The notes under the pieces: generated by a model
Database searches by the model: none
Told to the model about the DNA's origin: nothing
Seen by the model: only the letters and a program-made list of their open reading frames with translations
Program-made: the position numbers and the translations under genes
In this document: positions 40,572-53,815 of the stretch, piece after piece
How the letters are laid out: each line of letters starts with the position of its first letter
Position numbering within the stretch: position 1 is the first letter of the stretch
Assembly: GCA_002269645.1 (NCBI GenBank)
Contig: NIVC01000086.1
Location: forward strand, 1 to 64,000
From: Macrostomum lignano
Lineage: Eukaryota
Length of the DNA: 64,000 nt
Reading direction: 5' to 3'

Positions 40572-42615
40572 CGATGAGGTGCAGCTTCAGAGAGACAGAA
40601 GACTTGATGAGTTGCAGCTTCAGAGAGACAGAAGACTTGATGAGGTGCAGCTTCAGAGAGACAGAAGACTTGATGAGGTGCAGCTTCAGAGAGACAGAAG
40701 ACTTGATGAGGTGCAGCTTCAGAGAGACAGAAGACTTGATGAGGTGCAGCTTCAGAGAGACAGAAGACTTGATGAGGTGCAGCTTCAGAGAGACAGAAGA
40801 CTTGATGAGGTGCAGCTTCAGAGAGACAGAAGACTTGATGAGGTGCAGCTTCAGAGAGACAGAAGACTTGATGAGGTGCAGCTTCAGAGAGACAGAAGAC
40901 TTGACAAGGTGCAGCTTCAGACAGACAGAAGACTTGATGAGGTGCAGCTTCAGAGAGACAGAAGACTTGATGAGGTGCAGCTTCAGAGAGACAGAAGATT
41001 TGATGAGGTGCAGCTTCAGAGAGACAGAAGATTTGATGAGGTGCAGCTTCAGAGACAGAAGACTTGATGAGGTGCAGCTTCAGAGAGACAGAAGACTTGA
41101 CAAGGTGCAGCTTCAGACAGACAGAAGATTTGATGAGGTGCAGCTTCAGAGACAGAAGACTTGATGAGGTGCAGCTTCAGAGGGACAGAAGACTTGATGA
41201 GGTGCAGCTTCAGAGAGACAGAAGACTTGATAAGGTGCAGCTTCAGAGACAGAAGACTTGATGAGGTGCAGCTTCAGAGAGACAGAAGACTTGATGAGGT
41301 GCAGCTTCAGAGAGACAGAAGACTTGATGAGGTGCAGCTTCAGAGAGACAGAAGACTTGATGAGGTGCAGCTTCAGAGAGACAGAAGACTTGATGAGGTG
41401 CAGCTTCAGAGGGACAGAAGACTTGATGAGGTGCAGCTTCAGACAGACAGAAGACTTGATGAGGTGCAGCTTCAGAGACAGAAGACTTGATGAGGTGCAG
41501 CTTCAGAGACAGAAGACTTGATGAGGTGCAGCTTCAGAGGGACAGAAGACTTGATGAGGTGCAGCTTCAGAGAGACAGAAGACTTGATGAGGTGCAGCTT
41601 CAGAGACAGAAGACTTGATGAGGTGCAGCTTCAGAGAGACAGAAGACTTGATGAGGTGCAGCTTCAGAGAGACAGAAGACTTGATGAGGTGCAGCTTCAG
41701 AGACAGAAGACTTGATGAGGTGCAGCTTCAGAGAGACAGAAGACTTGATGAGGTGCAGCTTCAGAGAGACAGAAGACTTGATGAGGTGCAGCTTCAGAGA
41801 CAGAAGACTTGAACAGGTGCAGCTTCAGAGAGACAGAAGACTTGATGAGGTGCAGCTTCAGAGAGACAGAAGACTTGATGAGGTGCAGCTTCAGAGAGAC
41901 AGAAGACTTGATGAGGTGCAGCTTCAGAGACAGAAGACTTGATGAGGTGCAGCTTCAGAGAGACAGCTAAGATTTGATGAGGTGCAGCTTCAGAGAGACA
42001 GAAGACTTGATGAGGTGCAGCTTCAGAGAGACAGCTAAGATTTGATGAGGTGCAGCTTCAGAGAGACAGCTAAGATTTGATGAGGTGCAGCTTCAGAGAG
42101 ACAGCTAAGATTTGATGAGGTGCAGCTTCAGAGAGACAGCTAAGATTTGATGAGGTGCAGCTTCAGAGAGACAGCTAAGATTTGATGAGGTGCAGCTTCA
42201 GAGAGACAGCTAAGATTTGATGAGGTGCAGCTTCAGAGAGACAGCTAAGATTTGATGAGGTGCAGCTTCAGAGAGACAGCTAAGATTTGATGAGGTGCAG
42301 CTTCAGAGAGACAGCTAAGATTTGATGAGGTGCAGCTTCAGAGAGACAGCTAAGATTTGATGAGGTGCAGCTTCAGAGAGACAGCTAAGATTTGATGAGG
42401 TGCAGCTTCAGAGAGACAGCTAAGATTTGATGAGGTGCAGCTTCAGAGAGACAGCTAAGATTTGATGAGGTGCAGCTTCAGAGAGACAGAAGACTTGATG
42501 AGGTGCAGCTTCAGAGAGACAGCTAAGATTTGATGAGGTGCAGCTTCAGAGAGACAGCTAAGATTTGATGAGGTGCAGCTTCAGAGAGACAGCTAAGATT
42601 TGATGAGGTGCAGCA
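40572..42615. repeat. 33-bp minisatellite (gatgaggtgcagcttcagagagacagaagactt), ~60 copies
   Basis: Includes 31-bp deletion variants and a right-end cagctaagattt sub-array. Confidence 0.97.
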
Positions 42616-43253
42616 GCAATTTCTGACACTATTTCGGACTCTTGATTCTTGTTATCTTAAAATTCTGAGTTCGCCAGTGCGCGATCGTTCAGAACTTTAG
42701 TCGAAAGTTGTAAAGATATGGGCACAAGTCGGTAGCCACTAGTATTGCAATCAAGCAGGTCACTCGTCAAGACTTCTTGTCCTTGTTCGTCACTGCAAAG
42801 AAGCTGGCAGAGCCCTCCTCCGCAAGCGGACACCCCGGGCTCCCCTTGCACTTTTTTCGCTAGTAGCAGGCGCGCCCGCTGTCACGCCACGCCACAGCTC
42901 TCTGCTGATCGCAGGGAAATCTGAGAGACACGCGATCTGGCGGCAACTCCTGTGCCATTCGCAATGTCCCTAATATTCATTTTTCCCGCGCAGTTGAACA
43001 GTAGTAGGGATACTTATCCCTAAATTGAGATAACAATTTTTTTTCGATTCAAAACTTTCCAGCTTATTTTTAAATAGTAGTAGTAAATAAAAGGTTGGCA
43101 ATGCGAAGAAATAATTTCTCTGCTCTTCTCAGATCCTTTCAGGATTGAGCCGTCGAGTTATTTAAAGTTTTAATTTAACAGAAATAAATTCATCTAATGG
43201 TGCCTGTTGCAAAGTTAATCTCGGATGCTTAGCAAAATCCCTGCTCAAACAGT

Positions 43254-44683
43254 TCAGGGATCGTAGAATGCGTTGCTGGGTCCCTCGGACATGCTGAACC
43301 GGGACCGCTCGTCGTCGCCGGTGGACCTCAGCGAGAGGTGAATCAAGCCGCCCCCGCCACCGCCGCTGCGACCGCCGCAGCTGTTGTCGGTACCGAGCCG
43401 TTTTCGCCTCGTCCTGTCGACGCCGCCGCCGCCGCCGGCGGAACCTCCTTGTGTTGGGGCCCCGGTGGTGGAGCGCGCCGAGCCAGCGTTGCCAGTCTTG
43501 GGCTGCCGGAAGCAGAGCAAGCCGAACATGCGCTTAAACACCTGGCGGAACTGCTTGCTCATGAAGCAATAGAGCACGAAGTTCACCGAGTTGTTGATCA
43601 GGCCCAGCGTGTTCAGCATGCGGATGAACAAATAGAAGAAGCACTGCACCCCCGGCAGGTTGAACATCGGGTCCTCCAGGATGTTCAGCATGCTCATCGG
43701 GATCTCGTACAGGATGTACAGCACAATGATGACCAGCAGGAAGCTGGTAGTTCGTCGGTGATCCCTCGATCGACGCTGTCGTCGAGAATTTTTCGACGCT
43801 GAGCCTCTCGACGATCGCTGTGTCCCCTGGGTCGGCATTGGCGACAGCTGCGACAGCGAGTGCTGCGGCGACGGCGAAGGCTGCCGCGTAGTCTCGACCT
43901 CCGAGTTGGCGAAGCTCTCGCAGCCGCGCCTGCTGCTGCTGCTGTTGTTCCGGTTCATCCGCCAGTCCTCGAACGGCTGTTCAGATTCACCAGCGACTCG
44001 CGACGCTTCTCTGTCTTGCGCAGACTCTTGATGATGAAGAAGCAGAAGCAGGTCATGATGAGGCAGGGCAAAACCTTCTGGGCCAGGCCGTTGAACAATC
44101 GGATTTTGAATTCGTGCCGCTCGTCCAGACTCGGTCTGTACATCACCGGGCTGTGGCCGCTCTGCCCGGTGTTATTGTGCGTGTCGTTAAAGCCGCGGAT
44201 CTGCAGGCTGCTGGCATAGGGAACCACGGCCACCAGGTTGGCCAGGAAGGCCAGGCAAACGGCCAGGCGGGCGCGGGCCAGGCTGAACCACACCTTGGTG
44301 CGGCTGGAGGCGTAGTAGCGCAGGTAGAAGAAGCGGAACAGAGCCAGCAGGACGCCGCACCACAGGGCGAAAGCGTGCATCAGGTACATGGCCACGTTGC
44401 AGAACAGGTAGAACACCTGGTAGTCGTAGCTGTGGCTCATCTGGTCCAGGGGAACTACCGAGGTGACCAGGAACATGAGCACTTTGATTAGGTCGCTCAC
44501 CGCGATGCCTAACAGTATGCTGTTAGTTGGCGAGATCATCTTCTTCTTGCTGAAGATGAGTATGTTCAACACGTTCAGCAGGATTGAGGTCACGGATATG
44601 ACTGCGATTAGCGGCAGGCTGATCTGATTGAAGGCCTGAGCGACTAAGCTCTCCGAGCAGTTGTTGCGTCTGGCGTCAGACAT
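43254..44683 (-). CDS. Class A (rhodopsin-like) peptide GPCR of the sex-peptide/myosuppressin/Srw-like group. Single coding exon with one apparent 1-bp deletion near 43980
   Basis: TM1 NVLNILIF, TM2 SPTNSILLGIAVSDL, TM3 ALWCGVLLALFRF, TM5 KVLPCLIM, TM6 RRTTSFLL...YEIP, TM7 NNSVNFVLYCFMSKQFR. ORFs 43955-44683 and 43254-43958 join by a -1 shift in ICL3. A 5'UTR intron runs 45228-44685 (GTGAGT...CCGCAG|GATG). Confidence 0.9.
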
Positions 44684-44691
44684 CCTGCGGG

Positions 44692-44696
<5 letters not shown>

Positions 44697-44731
<35 letters not shown>

Positions 44732-44754
44732 CCAGTAGTAGTAGTAGTAGTACC

Positions 44755-44800
<46 letters not shown>

Positions 44801-44802
44801 CC

Positions 44803-44839
<37 letters not shown>

Positions 44840-44901
44840 CCAGTAGTAGTAGTAGTAGTAGTAGTAGTACCAGTAGTAGTAGTAGTAGTAGTAGTAGTAC
44901 C

Positions 44902-44938
<37 letters not shown>

Positions 44939-45000
44939 CCAGTAGTAGTAGTAGTAGTAGTAGTAGTACCAGTAGTAGTAGTAGTAGTAGTAGTAGTACC

Positions 45001-45055
<55 letters not shown>

Positions 45056-45192
45056 CCAGTAGTAGTAGTAGTAGTAGTACCAGTAGTACCAGTAGTAGTA
45101 GTAGTAGTAGTACCAGTAGTAGTAGTAGTAGTAGTACCAGTAGTACCAGTAGTAGTAGTAGTAGTAGTACCAGTAGTACCAGTAGTAGTAGT
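44697..45192. repeat. (TAG)n microsatellite with TAC-CAG interruptions in the GPCR 5'UTR intron
   Basis: Direct reading. Explains the poly-L/poly-V ORFs. Confidence 0.97.
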
Positions 45193-45529
45193 CCCCTAAT
45201 TCCTACTTCAATTTCTGCCAGCACTCACGGCAGAGGCCGCAGCTGGCGTCAGCCAGGCCAGCCTCAATTTAATCTAGTTTGGACGCGAGCCCCACTCGGA
45301 CACTGCAGTGTCGCAACTCCCCAGAGACAGGCGGGGAAACCGTGCCAGCCAGAGCTAGTCTCAGGCGGCCGAGTGTGAACCCAGCAACCATTCGGTGAAT
45401 TGACCACTGCTCTGTCATAGCGCGTTTTTCATTTTTAAGCATGCTGCTCCGCCCGCTGTTTAAATGTGCAGATTTCAGAATTGCAGAATTCGATGGCTTT
45501 TGCTAAAACCCACAGTACTGAATACTCAA

Positions 45530-46170
45530 TAGTAGGAATCGGTAATGAGAATCGGTAGTGAGAATCGGTAGTGAGAATCGGTAATGAGAATCGGTAATGA
45601 GAATCGGTAATGAGAATCGGTAATGAGAATCGGTAGTGAGAATCGGTAGTGAGAATCGGTAATGAGAATCGGTAATGAGAATCGGTAATGAGAATCGGTA
45701 GTGAGAATCGGTAGTGAGAATCGGTAGTGAGAATCGGTAGTGAGAATCGGTAATGAGAATCGGTAGTGAGAATCGGTAGTGAGAATCGGTAGTGAGAATC
45801 GGTAATGAGAATCGGTAATGAGAATCGGTAATGAGAATCGGTAATGAGAATCGGTAGTGAGAATCGGTAGTGAGAATCGGTAGTGAGAATCGGTTGTGAG
45901 AATCGGTAATGAGAATCGGTAGTGAGAATCGGTTGTGAGAATCGGTAGTGAGAATCGGTTGTGAGAATCGGTAATGAGAATCGGTAATGAGAATCGGTAG
46001 TGAGAATCGGTAGTGAGAATCGGTAGTGAGAATCGATTGTGAGAATCGGTAATGAGAATCGGTAGTGAGAATCGGTAGTGAGAATCGGTAATGAGAATCG
46101 TTAATGAGAATCAGTAACAAGAATCGGTAATTAAAATCCGTAATGAGAATCGGTAATGAGAATCGGTTGT
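45530..46170. repeat. 13-bp minisatellite (gagaatcggtagt/aat)
   Basis: About 48 copies. Confidence 0.96.
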
Positions 46171-46669
46171 GAGAATCGGTTGTAGAGAACTATTTAAGTC
46201 ATTCAAAATGTTCCCTTGTACTAATACTACGAGGTACTTTTGTATATTTCAGTCAAATTTTGAGCATAAAGTCCCCAGTGGTTCAGCTGCTCAACTCACT
46301 GCTCTCTCTACTAATTCTGTCTCTCTTTTCCCTCGTCTGTTCGAGTGGTGACTGTAACTTTTCTCTTTTACATCTAACTGGTTAGCTTTTGCAGTTTTGT
46401 TTGTTAGCCAGAAAGCATTAGCGTAGCCCCCCCCCTTACTAACCAATTACAGAGCGGTTCCGCCAGGCAACTGAGAAGCGCCAACTCAAAGTTTGCTGGG
46501 ACCTAATCTCTTCGCTCTCGCCATGAATTAAAAAATTGCTTGCTTGTTGTGTTTGCTTCTTCGAACTCTTAGCTACTTTCAGATTCGCGGTCGGTCCAAT
46601 TTGAATACTTTTATTCCCGGTTTCCAGTACTGCTCTGCGTCCATCTCTGGCTGTGATCTAGTCCCATCA

Positions 46670-47595
46670 GTTATGCCCTCCTCTCCTCTGATCTATCCCC
46701 TCTCTCCCCTCTCTCCTCTGATCTATCTCCTCTCTCCCCTCTCCCCTCTGATCTATCCCGTCTCTCCCCTCTCCGCTCTGATCTATCCCCTCTCTCCCCT
46801 CTCTCCTCTGATCTATCTCCTCTCTCCCCTCTCCCCTCTGATCTATCCCGTCTCTCCCCTCTCCGCTCTGATCTATCCCCTCTCTCCCCTCTCTCCTCTG
46901 ATCTATCCCCTCTCTCCCCTCTCTCCTCTGATCTATCCCCTCTCTCCCCTCTCCGCTCTGATCTATCCTCTCTCTCACCTCTCCTCTATGATCTATCCCC
47001 TCTCTCTCTCCTCTCCCCTCTAATCTATCCCTTTTCCCCTCTCCCCTCTGATCTATCCCCTTCTCCCCTCTCCCCTCTGATCTATCCCCTCTCTCCCCTC
47101 TCTCCTGATCTATCCCGTCTCTCCCCTCTCCGCTCTGATCTATCCCGTCTCTCCCCTCTCCCCTCTGATCTATCCCGTCTCTCCCCTCTCCGCTCTGATC
47201 TATCCCGTCTCTCCCCTCTCCGCTCTGATCTATCCCCTCTCTCCCCTCTCTCCTCTGATCTATCTCCTCTCTCCCCTCTCCCCTCTGATCTATCCCGTCT
47301 CTCCCCTCTCCGCTCTGATCTATCCCGTCTCTCCCCTCTCCCCTCTGATCTATCCCCTCTCTCCCCTCTCCTCTCTGATCTATCCTCTCTCTCACCTCTC
47401 CTCTCTGATCTATCCCCTCTCTCTCCTCTCCCCTCTAATCTATCCCTTTTCCCCTCTCCCCTCTGATCTATCCCCTTTTCCCCTCTCCCCTCTGATCTAT
47501 CCCCTTTTCCCCTCTCCCCTCTGATCTATCCCCTTTTCCCCTCTCCCCTCTGATCCATCCCCTTTTCCCTTCTCCCCTCTGATCTATCCCCTCTC
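46670..47595. repeat. ~30-bp pyrimidine-rich minisatellite (ctctgatctatcccctctctcccctctc)
   Basis: About 30 copies. Confidence 0.95.
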
Positions 47596-47885
47596 TTTTA
47601 GTGTCGGTTGTCTCCAAAATTAAAAAATTGTTCTTATTAATGCAATCCTTCAAAGAAAGCGATCAAATGACCTTTTCGAGTAATAATACTGCACAGACTC
47701 GAGCAGTACAAACTTGTTTTAAAAACTTGTTTTGTCCGTGTAACGGAGAAAACAATAACGGAAATATTTTCGCCGAATTAAATGTCGTACGAGCTAACAG
47801 GATTCAGTCTGTCGAACTCGCTATTTCAAGTGCTAGCCTAATTTATGTAGATCAAAGAGGAAGACGGAGAGTCTGACAGGAATAA

Positions 47886-47887
<2 letters not shown>

Positions 47888-47977
<90 letters not shown>
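47888..47977. repeat. (GA)n microsatellite
   Basis: Direct reading. Confidence 0.98.
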
Positions 47978-47981
<4 letters not shown>

Positions 47982-48189
47982 TGCTGGCAAACATATCGCA
48001 GCCGAACTATTCCGGATGTCAGAAGCGGAATGGTTCACCAGACTTCCTGGGGATGGAGAAGGAGAGAGTTGTAAAGGATTGACAGTTAGAGGGCCTCTGG
48101 GGCACCAGTTGAAGACATCCCCTCTCCTCTATCCCCTCCACTGGTCCCCTGTGGGGCACCAGTTAGGGAGTCTGTGGGGCACTAGTTGG

Positions 48190-50975
48190 AGACTCTGTGG
48201 GGCTCCAGTTGAAGACACTGAGGGACACTAACTGAAGACACTGAGAGACACTAACTGAAGACACTGAGGGATACTAACTGAAGACACTGAGGGATACTAA
48301 CTGAAGACACTGAGGGACACTAACTGAAGACACCGAGAGACACTAACTAAAGACACTGAGAGACACTAACTGAAGACACTGAGGGACACTAACTGAAGAC
48401 ACTGAGGGACACTAACTGAAGACACTGTGGGGCGCCAGTTGAAGACACTGAGGGACACTAACTGAAAACACTGAGGGACACTAACTGAAGACACTGTGGG
48501 ACACTAACTGAAGACACTGAGGGACACTAACTGAAGACACTGTGGGACACTAACTGAAGACACTGAGGGACACTAACTGAAGACACTGAGAGACACTAAC
48601 TGAAGACACTGAGGGACACTAACTGAAGACACTGAGAGACACTAACTGAAGACACTGTGGGACACTAACTGAAGACACTGAGGGACACTAACTGAAGACA
48701 CTGAGAGACACTAACTGAAGACACTGAGGGACACTAACTGAAGACACTGAGGGACACTAACTGAAGACACTGAGGGACACTAACTGAAGACACTGTGGGA
48801 CACTAACGGAAGACACTGAGGGACACTAACTGAAGACACTGAGAGACACTAACTGAAGACACTGAGGGATACTAACTGAAGACACTGAGGGACACTAACT
48901 GAAGACACTGAGGGACACTAACTGAAGACACTGAGAGACACTAACTGAAGACACTGAGGGACACTAACTGAAGACACTGAGGGACACTAACTGAAGACAC
49001 TGAGGGACACTAACTGAAGACACTGAGGGACACTAACTGAAGACACTGAGGGACACTAACTGAAGACACTGAGGGACACTAACTGAAGACACTGAGGGAC
49101 ACTAACTGAAGACACTGAGGGACACTAACTGAAGACACTGTGGGGCGCCAGTTGAAGACACTGAGAGACACTAACTGAAGACACTGAGGGACACTAACTG
49201 AAGACACTGAGGGACACTAACTGAAGACACTGAGGGACACTAACTGAAGACACTGAGGGACACTAACTGAAGACACTGAGGGACACTAACTGAAGACACT
49301 GAGAGACACTAACTGAAGACACTGAGGGACACTAACTGAAGACACTGTGGGGCGCCAGTTGAAGACACTGAGGGACACTAACTGAAGACACTGAGGGACA
49401 CTAACTGAAGACACTGTGGGACACTAACTGAAGACACTGAGGGACACTAACTGAAGACACTGTGGGACACTAACTGAAGACACTGAGAGACACTAACTGA
49501 AGACACTGAGGGACACTAACTGAAGACACTGTGGGGCGCCAGTTGAAGACACTGAGGGACACTAACTGAAGACACTGAGAGACACTAACTGAAGACACTG
49601 AGGGACACTAACTGAAGACACTGAGGGACACTAACTGAAGACACTGAGGGACACTAACTGAAGACACTGAGGGACACTAACTGAAGACACTGAGAGACAC
49701 TAACTGAAGACACTGAGGGACACTAACTGAAGACACTGAGAGACACTAACTGAAGACACTGAGGGACACTAACTGAAGACACTGAGAGACACTAACTGAA
49801 GACACTGAGGGACACTAACTGAAGACACTGAGAGACACTAACTGAAGACACTGAGGGACACTAACTGAAGACACTGAGGGACACTAACTGAAGACACTGT
49901 GGGACACTAACTGAAGACACTGAGAGACACTAACTGAAGACACTGAGGGACACTAACTGAAGACACTGTGGGGCGCCAGTTGAAGACACTGAGAGACACT
50001 AACTGAAGACACTGAGGGACACTAACTGAAGACACTGAGGGACACTAACTGAAGACACTGAGGGACACTAACTGAAGACACTGAGAGACACTAACTGAAG
50101 ACACTGAGGGACACTAACTGAAGACACTGAGGGACACTAACTGAAGACACTGAGAGACACTAACTGAAGACACTGAGAGACACTAACTGAAGACACTGAG
50201 AGACACTAACTGAAGACACTGAGAGACACTAACTGAAGACACTGAGGGACACTAACTGAAGACACTGAGGGACACTAACTGAAGACACTGAGGGATACTA
50301 ACTGAAGACACTGAGGGACACTAACTGAAGACACTGAGGGACACTAACTGAAGACACTGAGAGACACTAACTGAAGACACTGAGAGACACTAACTGAAGA
50401 CACTGAGAGACACTAACTGAAGACACTGAGAGACACTAACTGAAGACACTGAGGGACACTAACTGAAGACACTGAGGGATACTAACTGAAGACACTGAGG
50501 GACACTAACTGAAGACACTGAGGGACACTAACTGAAGACACTGAGGGACACTAACTGAAGACACTGAGGGACACTAACTGAAGACACTGAGGGACACTAA
50601 CTGAAGACACTGAGGGATACTAACTGAAGACACTGAGAGACACTAACTGAAGACACTGAGAGACACTAACTGAAGACACTGAGAGACACTAACTGAAGAC
50701 ACTGAGGGACACTAACTGAAGACACTGAGAGACACTAACTGAAGACACTGAGGGACACTAACTGAAGACACTGAGGGACACTAACTGAAGACACTGAGAG
50801 ACACTAACTGAAGACACTGAGGGACACTAACTGAAGACACTGAGGGACACTAACTGAAGACACTGAGGGACACTAACTGAAGACACTGAGGGACACTAAC
50901 TGAAGACACTGAGAGACACTAACTGAAGACACTGTGGGGCACCAGTTGAAGACACTGTGGGGCGCCAGTTAGTGG
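48190..50975. repeat. 23-bp satellite (gaagacactgagggacactaact), ~120 copies
   Basis: Long homogeneous array with gag/gtg and ggggcgccagtt variants. Confidence 0.97.
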
Positions 50976-51577
50976 CATTGAGGGCACTCAATGTATATAG
51001 AATACTCTAGCGACTAAAATTGTGCATTGAGAGTGAAGCTCCCATAGAAATTCCTGATCTCTTTAACAAAGGTTAATAACGATTTCCCCATTTTTCCATT
51101 GTCTCCTCTGGATCTGATCCCAGATTTAATTCAAAAAAGGCGAAAAAGGAGCTCCTCATACCAGAATTCCCAGCCCCTGGGCACGGGCCAAACGAGTGAA
51201 CTTTTTTTCCATTTTTATCGCCCTCTCTCAGTCTCCGGCCGCAGCCTCATCACTCTTTAATCTGGGGATTCTTTTATGGCGGACCAGCGAGGCTGCTTAG
51301 TTGTCCGCCCTAGGGAAGTAGAGGCGGCCCAGTCGACTGCACTGCGGCTTGAATAGGGAAGAACATACTCTGGCCACCCAAACAGAAGACAATCAAATTA
51401 ATTCTGCATGCAGTTTTATTGCTCCTTGGGTTCGACGACATCTACTATTTTAAAAGCGTTTTTATTATCGGAGTTCTCTGTAAGTACAGCGCATTGCAGT
51501 GTCAGTAATTCATTATTTTCTCACTTGGACAGAACTTGCGTCATTCTACTCCTTTCTCGAATATTTTTAAACTCTGC

Positions 51578-52355
<778 letters not shown>

Positions 52356-52887
52356 TTACTCATTGATGTTTGTGTCTATTCACTGTCTACTACACTATCT
52401 GTTCACTCGCCAATTCTCAGCCACCCTAACAATCAAATACCTACGAAAGCAATAGTACAGAACGAAAGGCATATTTTTGAATACTCAACCACGCGGGAAA
52501 TTTTGCCAGCTGTTCCCAAAAATGATTTCCAAAACACAGGAAAATTGAGCAAACTGATAGCTCACGCGGCAAGATAAGTAGCTGATCTTACAGTGCAGAA
52601 TCCTAGCAGCTTTTTCAGGTAAGAAGTCTGCGCTCGAATTGACTTGATTAGCCGAATCTCTGGGGCTGCTCGCGATTCCCTGTAGCTATCGGGTCCTCGG
52701 CAATGTGGCGTCTGCTTTTCACAAACATCTCACAGACCTGCTCAGAAGCTGCGCCCCATCCCTACATCTGGCTCCTAGCCGCCTCATTGGATTCGGCTTT
52801 CCCAGACTCCCGTGCCTTCAGCTGTAGGCCAACGGGAACGGTTCCCATTGCATTCTGCCTTGTCTATCTGCCTTTGTGTCACGATTC

Positions 52888-53145
52888 GTCTGAGTGTCTC
52901 AATGTCTTAAGTGTCAGTGTTTTAGTCTCAGAGTGTCTTAGTGTGTCTTAATGTCTTGGTGTCTATAAGTGTCTCAGTGTCTCAGTGTCTTAATGTTTGA
53001 GTGTCTGAGTGTCTTAATGTTTGAGTGTCTGAGTGTCTTGGTGTCTTAGTGTCTGAGTGTCTTGTTGTCTGTTTTAGTGTCTGAGTGTCTCAGTGTCTTA
53101 ATGTTTGGGTGTCTTAATATTTTAGTATCTGAGTGTCTTAGTCTT
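52888..53145. repeat. Degenerate 8-bp repeat (gtgtctta/gtgtctga)
   Basis: Low-complexity tandem pattern. Confidence 0.7.
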
Positions 53146-53815
53146 TCAGAGCACTCGTGGCTTAATGCATTTAAGCCTTATTGTCTTTTCCTTCTTATTG
53201 TCCATTTTTACGTAGTCTTCCTGAGTGAAGTATTTTAGTCTGATACATTTCGAAAATTAATAGTTTTGCTAAGCTACCAAATGTTGAATTAATCAAATAA
53301 AGCAGCTATTGAATGCTGTTTAAAGTGTTACGCTATGTATTTTTAGAGATTCTTAGAAAAAGCTGTTATGGTGTTTGTTCGAGAAATTTTCAGTCCAATA
53401 AAATTTGTTACGTTGTTAGCAGCTGAAGAATTCAATAAATATTTATGAGTGTTAACAAATTGAAGTTCATACATAGTAAGTAGAACAGGCACGCAGATGT
53501 GTAGTATCATTAGAAGTAGTTAATATCACAAGCTATGCTTTAGAAAACGTTGTCTGCTACTAGATTTCAGTCTGCCGCTTAAACCAGATAAAAATACTTT
53601 CAGATCGGGAACATCTTCGTAACAGACACCTAACCTGTGTAAAATGTAAAAAATGAAGCCAGCCTTGGCCCAGCAGGATAAGAAATCGTAGCTGTTGAAT
53701 TGTTGAAAATCATTCTGTGACACTTATAAAGTTGCACGTTACTCAACACACTGTCGTCAGATATGCAATCACAAGCGAACCAGCTGAAATAAAATCACCT
53801 TCAGGCTGCATCTAA

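Noticed and set aside
40574-41942. ORFs with an 11-aa RDRRLDEVQLQ repeat resembling a coiled-coil protein
   Set aside because: Frequent 2-bp unit deletions break the frame, later units contain TAA, and there is no unique coding flank or splice support.
44676-45224. Poly-Leu / poly-Val ORFs
   Set aside because: (TAG)n microsatellite within the GPCR 5'UTR intron. An in-frame TGA in the upstream exon shows that ATG 44683 is the start.
48190-50975. CRISPR-like appearance of the long regular arrays (also 33605-34395 and 40572-42615)
   Set aside because: Units are contiguous with no unique spacers, there are no cas genes, and the context is eukaryotic.
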